Of a stretch of 64,000 bases of DNA, positions 60,090 to 64,000 are shown piece after piece. Source of the stretch: Candidatus Bathyarchaeia archaeon (GTDB lineage Archaea; Thermoproteota; CALKCG01; B24); the NCBI GenBank assembly GCA_038870975.1, contig JAVZJD010000001.1, positions 192,001 to 256,000 on the forward strand. The letters run 5' to 3'. The translations under genes were made by a program, and so were the position numbers. Positions within the stretch are counted from its first letter, which is position 1; every line of letters starts with the position of its first letter. Below the pieces are notes generated by a model. The model was given only the letters and a program-made list of their open reading frames with translations, was not told the origin of the DNA and did no database searches.

Positions 60090-61834
60090 ATAAGCTCACC
60101 CAAGCTTTCAAATGGAATTTCACAGTTGAAGAAGCCTCTAAGCTTATTCTCAATACTGTCAAGATGTGTTCTAACTTGCCTCCAGCTATCTCTATTCCTT
60201 AACGTGACTGTATTATCTTGGAGAGTTTGATAGTCTACTGTTAATGCTAATGGTATTCCCATTTCATCAGATCTTACATACCGTCTACCTATGGAGCCGG
60301 AGTCATCATAATACACTTCGAAGCCGAATTTTAACAGATGTCTATAGATCTCTAAAGCTTTCTCTGGAATACCGTCTTTGGTTACGAGTGGATATACGGC
60401 TATCTGTATTGGAGCTACAGTTATGGGAAGCTTGAGAACGACCCTTCCCTCACGTTCGGTGTAGGCATACTCTAAAACAGCGTAGAATATTCTTTCTAAG
60501 CCAAAACTTGGCTCTATTACATGAGGTATAAACTTTTTACCTTTTTCTTCAATAATGGACTCGCTTAGTTTAATGTGTTCAGATTTAACTAAGAAATCTC
60601 TAAGTTTAATTGTTCCATTACTGGCCAAACTATTGACTAAAGTTTCAGGTTCTATGCTCATTATCAGCTTCGCGACTATATCAGATTGCTCTCCAAAATC
60701 TCTACGTATGGCTTCATATTCTGGCTCCACTCGAATCTTTCTCGTAGTAGTAGGCTTCTCAAATTGCTTGTAAACCGTCATGTCAACGCCGCTGAAGTTC
60801 ATATGTCTTTTCAAGTCATAATCAGTCCTGTAATTATGACCTGATACTTCAACCCAACCCCACCTGTCGAGGTATACTTCTTGGTCGAATCCCTGAGAAG
60901 AGTAGTGCGCCCTCTCCCATGGAAGCTTTTCTACAAATCTTTGATAATCGTGAGGGATACCGAGGTTTTCCATAAATTGCTTAGCTCTAACCATGAAGTA
61001 CGCGAGCCACTCCATACCTATGAGACCCTTATCCAGACACTCTCTAACGGTAAGATCTACGGGCTCCTCGCAACCCTTTATTCTCACACTACTAGATACT
61101 ATCCTCAAAGACTCGTTTTCAACTTCACTTATCTTAGGACACTTGGGATCTTCGGGGTCGATGAAAAGCTCAAACTCCATTATTGTAAATTCTCTTAATC
61201 GTATTGGTCCTTGTCTCGGCGATATTTCATTTCTTAACACTTTACCAACTTGAGCTATAGCGAATGGGAGTTTTCCACGCTTTAACTCTAGAACCCTCTT
61301 AAAGGCTAGGAACATACCTTGAGCAGCTTCAGGTCTACCATAGCCGATATTTTCCATGTAGGGTCCGATGAAAGTCTTAAACATCGTAGTAAAATAGTAC
61401 GGCTCACTTAGATCGCCCCCACATTCGGGGCATTTTAAACCTCTATCTAAGACGAGCTTTTGGAGTGCTTTCAAATCCATATTTTCTACCTCAATACTAC
61501 TTAAGCCTAGAGTTTCTTCAATCAAATGGTCGGCTCTAAATCGTCTATTGCATTTCAGACAGTTAAATGCTGGCTCTTTGAAACTGTCGATGTGGCCTGA
61601 GGCTTTGAAAACTACTTCGGGATTAATTATGGGCGTTTCAACCTCTATGAAGCCCTCGTTTTTCACAAACCATTTAATCCACATGTCTGAAATCCTACGT
61701 TTAAGTAGGACTCCTAACGGACCATAGTCTAGAAAGCCACTAACACCACCATATATTTCAAAGGCCTCCCAGAAAAACCCTCTACTTTTAGCGAGCTTAA
61801 GTACCTTCTCGTACTTATCTGCCTTAAAATTCAT
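60086..61834 (-). CDS. glyS: glycine--tRNA ligase (archaeal/eukaryotic homodimeric type)
   Basis: IYGG..G..DYGPLG, ASGH, RPEAAQG, RNEISPRQG, ERAHY, HVIEPSFG, GSIGRRY; ATG 61834 preferred. Confidence 0.96.
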   Translation of the reverse strand: MNFKADKYEKVLKLAKSRGFFWEAFEIYGGVSGFLDYGPLGVLLKRRISDMWIKWFVKNEGFIEVETPIINPEVVFKASGHIDSFKEPAFNCLKCNRRFRADHLIEETLGLSSIEVENMDLKALQKLVLDRGLKCPECGGDLSEPYYFTTMFKTFIGPYMENIGYGRPEAAQGMFLAFKRVLELKRGKLPFAIAQVGKVLRNEISPRQGPIRLREFTIMEFELFIDPEDPKCPKISEVENESLRIVSSSVRIKGCEEPVDLTVRECLDKGLIGMEWLAYFMVRAKQFMENLGIPHDYQRFVEKLPWERAHYSSQGFDQEVYLDRWGWVEVSGHNYRTDYDLKRHMNFSGVDMTVYKQFEKPTTTRKIRVEPEYEAIRRDFGEQSDIVAKLIMSIEPETLVNSLASNGTIKLRDFLVKSEHIKLSESIIEEKGKKFIPHVIEPSFGLERIFYAVLEYAYTEREGRVVLKLPITVAPIQIAVYPLVTKDGIPEKALEIYRHLLKFGFEVYYDDSGSIGRRYVRSDEMGIPLALTVDYQTLQDNTVTLRNRDSWRQVRTHLDSIENKLRGFFNCEIPFESLGELI

Positions 61835-61913
61835 GAATCTTCCCACTGAAGAATATAGAAAACACAATAGCCGTATATTATCCTTTTCTTTCACACGTGT
61901 CTATATAAAACAG

Positions 61914-62072
61914 CTAAACGGCTTTTACCTTTTTGACAACGGGAGGTCTTACCTTTGTTAAGATTTTACATCCACATTCAGGGCATTTAAGGTCTGGACT
62001 TAACTTCAGCCTTCCATATGGTATTAAAGTGCCGCATTTAAAACACTTGTAGAATATTTCACTTGAAGCCAT
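61914..62072 (-). CDS. rpo12: DNA-directed RNA polymerase subunit Rpo12 (P)
   Basis: 52 aa, below the ORF-track cutoff: MASSEIFYKCFKCG...KCPECGCKILTKVRPPVVKKVKAV. Confidence 0.9.
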   Translation of the reverse strand: MASSEIFYKCFKCGTLIPYGRLKLSPDLKCPECGCKILTKVRPPVVKKVKAV

Positions 62073-62321
62073 TAGCTTCTATTGTAAATAGACTCAGCTT
62101 AAAACTTTTCTATAATCTTCATTTATGGAGTTTTAAGCCTTTCAGCATAACCGTTAGTTTAAGACTTAGATTTTTCTATATCAGATAGAAGATACCATTA
62201 GATCGACGTTAGATACCCAGTTAAAGGCTTATCGTCTTTGACGCCTTAATATTAATTTGAAGTACCCCGCTAATGAAAAAATTTGAAGAGTTTAGAAGAT
62301 ATTTCATAAAGAAGTAAACCC

Positions 62322-63665
62322 TCACTTTTTGAAGAAGAGCGGTAGATACTGTGCATGAGCATTGAGAAGGTCATCTAAGAGTTTACCAACTTCATCCGGT
62401 TTCAGTTTCGAGGCAACTTGTGGATCTTGAAGGAGCGCTTGAAACGCTAAACTTCTATCACCAGTCAAAGCAGCTTCAACTGTAAGTCTCTGAACTTCAA
62501 TATGATTACTTAACACTGCTGCCAATGGCGGTGGAAGTTTACCCACGTGTATTGGAATTATTCCATAACCTCCTACTACAGAGGATACTTCTACAATGGC
62601 ATCGAACGGAAGGTTTTCTATCGCTCCTCTGTTGAGAGTATTGACTACAAATACTTCGTTCCTGTTCTCCAAGAGTGCTTCAATTATATCTACTACTAAT
62701 ACGGCTTCTCCGCTAGGTAAAACATCGAGGCTTAAATCCCTCATGCCAGTAGCCATATCTTCGACAAGCTTCTCCCATTTAGCTGTTCGTTGTTGCTCCT
62801 CCACCATATCATGGACTTTCAAACCAAATTTCATTTTGAGCCCCTGTAATCTACCCTTATACTCCTCTTCTAAGCCACATAGAAATGGGAAGAATTCGGT
62901 CCAGTGGGACCAGCAGTATGGAAGCACACCATAGTTTTCTACAAATAGCTTCTCAACTAGGTTTGAAGATCTTTCCTTTACTAATTGAAGACCGTCTCTC
63001 CCATCTTTGAGTTTTAAGCTTAATATAGCCGCACAATGGTTTATACCTGCTGCTGGTGCAGGTGTTAAAATATCCTCAGGATTTACGCCTACAATTTCAG
63101 CTAAATAGTTGGGATTTGACGGTATTGAAGAACACGTGCAAAGACCTACGACTTTTATCTTTGAATTCCTAACCATAGCCATACAGTTGGTGGGCACTGG
63201 ATTGGTATAGTTGAAGACCCAAGCCTTTGGAGACACCTCCTCCAATTCTTTTGCCATTCCCACTAGAACAGGTATGTGACGAAATGCACGCATTATACCG
63301 CCTGGACCTACTGAATCACATATGGCCATGTAAACTCCATATCTTGCGGGTATCTCTATATCGTACTCCCAAGCTTTTAAACCGCCGACTGCTATAGCGG
63401 TTATAACAAAGTCTGCGTCTGTTAATGAGTCTAACCTATTTGTCGTAGCTTCGACTTTCAGAGAAGCATTTGTCTTTTCGATCAGTCTTTGGGAGAGCCG
63501 GAACATTACGTTAAGCCTATGCTCATCTATGTCCATTAGACATATTGTACTATCCTGTAGAAGCCTAGACTCGATAAACAACCTCATGAGCTGAGGTGTG
63601 AAAGTACTGCTTCCACCACCTACTATAGTTATTTTGTAGCCCATATTGAGAGTATATTCAATCAA
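62322..63665 (-). CDS. GH4 family NAD-dependent glycoside hydrolase (alpha-galactosidase/glucosidase-like)
   Basis: KITIVGGGS, DSVGPGG..RA.R.IP, NYTNP, GLC, AGINH, N.GAI.NLP. Confidence 0.9.
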   Translation of the reverse strand: MIEYTLNMGYKITIVGGGSSTFTPQLMRLFIESRLLQDSTICLMDIDEHRLNVMFRLSQRLIEKTNASLKVEATTNRLDSLTDADFVITAIAVGGLKAWEYDIEIPARYGVYMAICDSVGPGGIMRAFRHIPVLVGMAKELEEVSPKAWVFNYTNPVPTNCMAMVRNSKIKVVGLCTCSSIPSNPNYLAEIVGVNPEDILTPAPAAGINHCAAILSLKLKDGRDGLQLVKERSSNLVEKLFVENYGVLPYCWSHWTEFFPFLCGLEEEYKGRLQGLKMKFGLKVHDMVEEQQRTAKWEKLVEDMATGMRDLSLDVLPSGEAVLVVDIIEALLENRNEVFVVNTLNRGAIENLPFDAIVEVSSVVGGYGIIPIHVGKLPPPLAAVLSNHIEVQRLTVEAALTGDRSLAFQALLQDPQVASKLKPDEVGKLLDDLLNAHAQYLPLFFKK

Positions 63666-63703
63666 CAGCGACTATTTATAGGTTTTGACGGATCTAATCT
63701 GAC

Positions 63704-63767
63704 GCGGCTCAGACAAATGCCTTACGTTCATAGATTTGTCACAGTAACTTTGACTCATCACAGCCGC
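63704..63767 (-). ncRNA. box C/D guide sRNA (double guide, predicted 23S rRNA targets)
   Basis: Minus strand reads GCGGC-UGUGAUGA(C)-GUCAAAGUUACU-GUGA(D')-CAAAUCUAUGAA(degenerate C')-CGUAAGGCAUUUGU-CUGA(D)-GCCGC; terminal stem; both guides complementary to conserved 23S segments. Confidence 0.85.
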
Positions 63768-63789
63768 TAGATTGATTATACTTGAACTA

Positions 63790-63797
63790 TTTTAAAA
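63790..63797 (-). promoter_or_regulatory. probable TATA box for the C/D sRNA
   Basis: Minus strand AAAAACC-TTTTAAAA (BRE-TATA-like), 23-30 nt upstream of the sRNA stem. Confidence 0.45.
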
Positions 63798-63861
63798 GGT
63801 TTTTACATGTAAACGGTAAAGATTTATTTAAGAAAGCATTTTCATAGTCTCTGAGGAAGTC

Positions 63862-64000
63862 TTGACCCTAGAAAGCCTAGGAAGATCCCTTAGAGACGCA
63901 TTAAACAAAGTTTTAAAGGCATCTAGGATGGATAAGGATCTAGTAAAAGGTCTAGTAAATGATCTTGTCAGAAGCCTTCTTCAGGCCGATGTCAAAGTAG
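63862..64000 (+). CDS. srp54: signal recognition particle protein SRP54, N-terminal part (runs off window)
   Basis: TTG start; MTLESLGRSLRDALNKV...LVRSLLQADVKV matches the Ffh/SRP54 N-domain LLxADV motif. Confidence 0.85.
   Translation, partial: MTLESLGRSLRDALNKVLKASRMDKDLVKGLVNDLVRSLLQADVKV

Noticed and set aside
4600-62934. Many 60-190 aa ORFs antisense or out of frame within confident genes (e.g. 10299-10877, 5931-6416, 50235-50717) and 56470-56850
   Set aside because: Shadow ORFs with no motifs, overlapping well-supported genes
1-64000. CRISPR arrays, IS elements, integrases, provirus or defence islands
   Set aside because: No spaced direct repeats, transposase/integrase motifs or tRNA 3'-end duplication noticed by eye; a repeat finder would be needed to exclude subtle cases

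Overview
Archaeal chromosomal window, most consistent with Thermoproteota/TACK and probably Bathyarchaeia-like. This is an inference from the Cdv division genes, an EndA with the crenarchaeal-specific loop, TiaS, archaeal uL3/SRP54/Rpo12 and several URO-D-family and sugar genes. Coding content: start of the rpl3-rpl4 operon; GH116 glycosidase next to an Ntn asparaginase; two ABC transporter plus large surface-protein modules; nrdH-nrdD(intein)-nrdG; aspS and pyrE; a ~19 kb purine cluster carrying a bacterial-type folate cassette (glyA-folD-purN-folC); a cdvB'-cdvA-cdvB-cdvC-Lrp operon; an rpo12-glyS-endA-tiaS cluster; a GH4 glycosidase; and the start of srp54. Features absent from the ORF track and found by reading the DNA: (1) a double-guide box C/D sRNA (63704-63767, minus) predicted to methylate two large-subunit rRNA adenosines that are also 2'-O-methylated in eukaryotes; (2) an elongator tRNA-Met with a 24-nt intron at non-canonical position 45/46; (3) the 52-aa Rpo12 gene; (4) two disrupted genes. 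No CRISPR array, transposase or integrase was seen. All functional calls come from motif recognition, not database searches.
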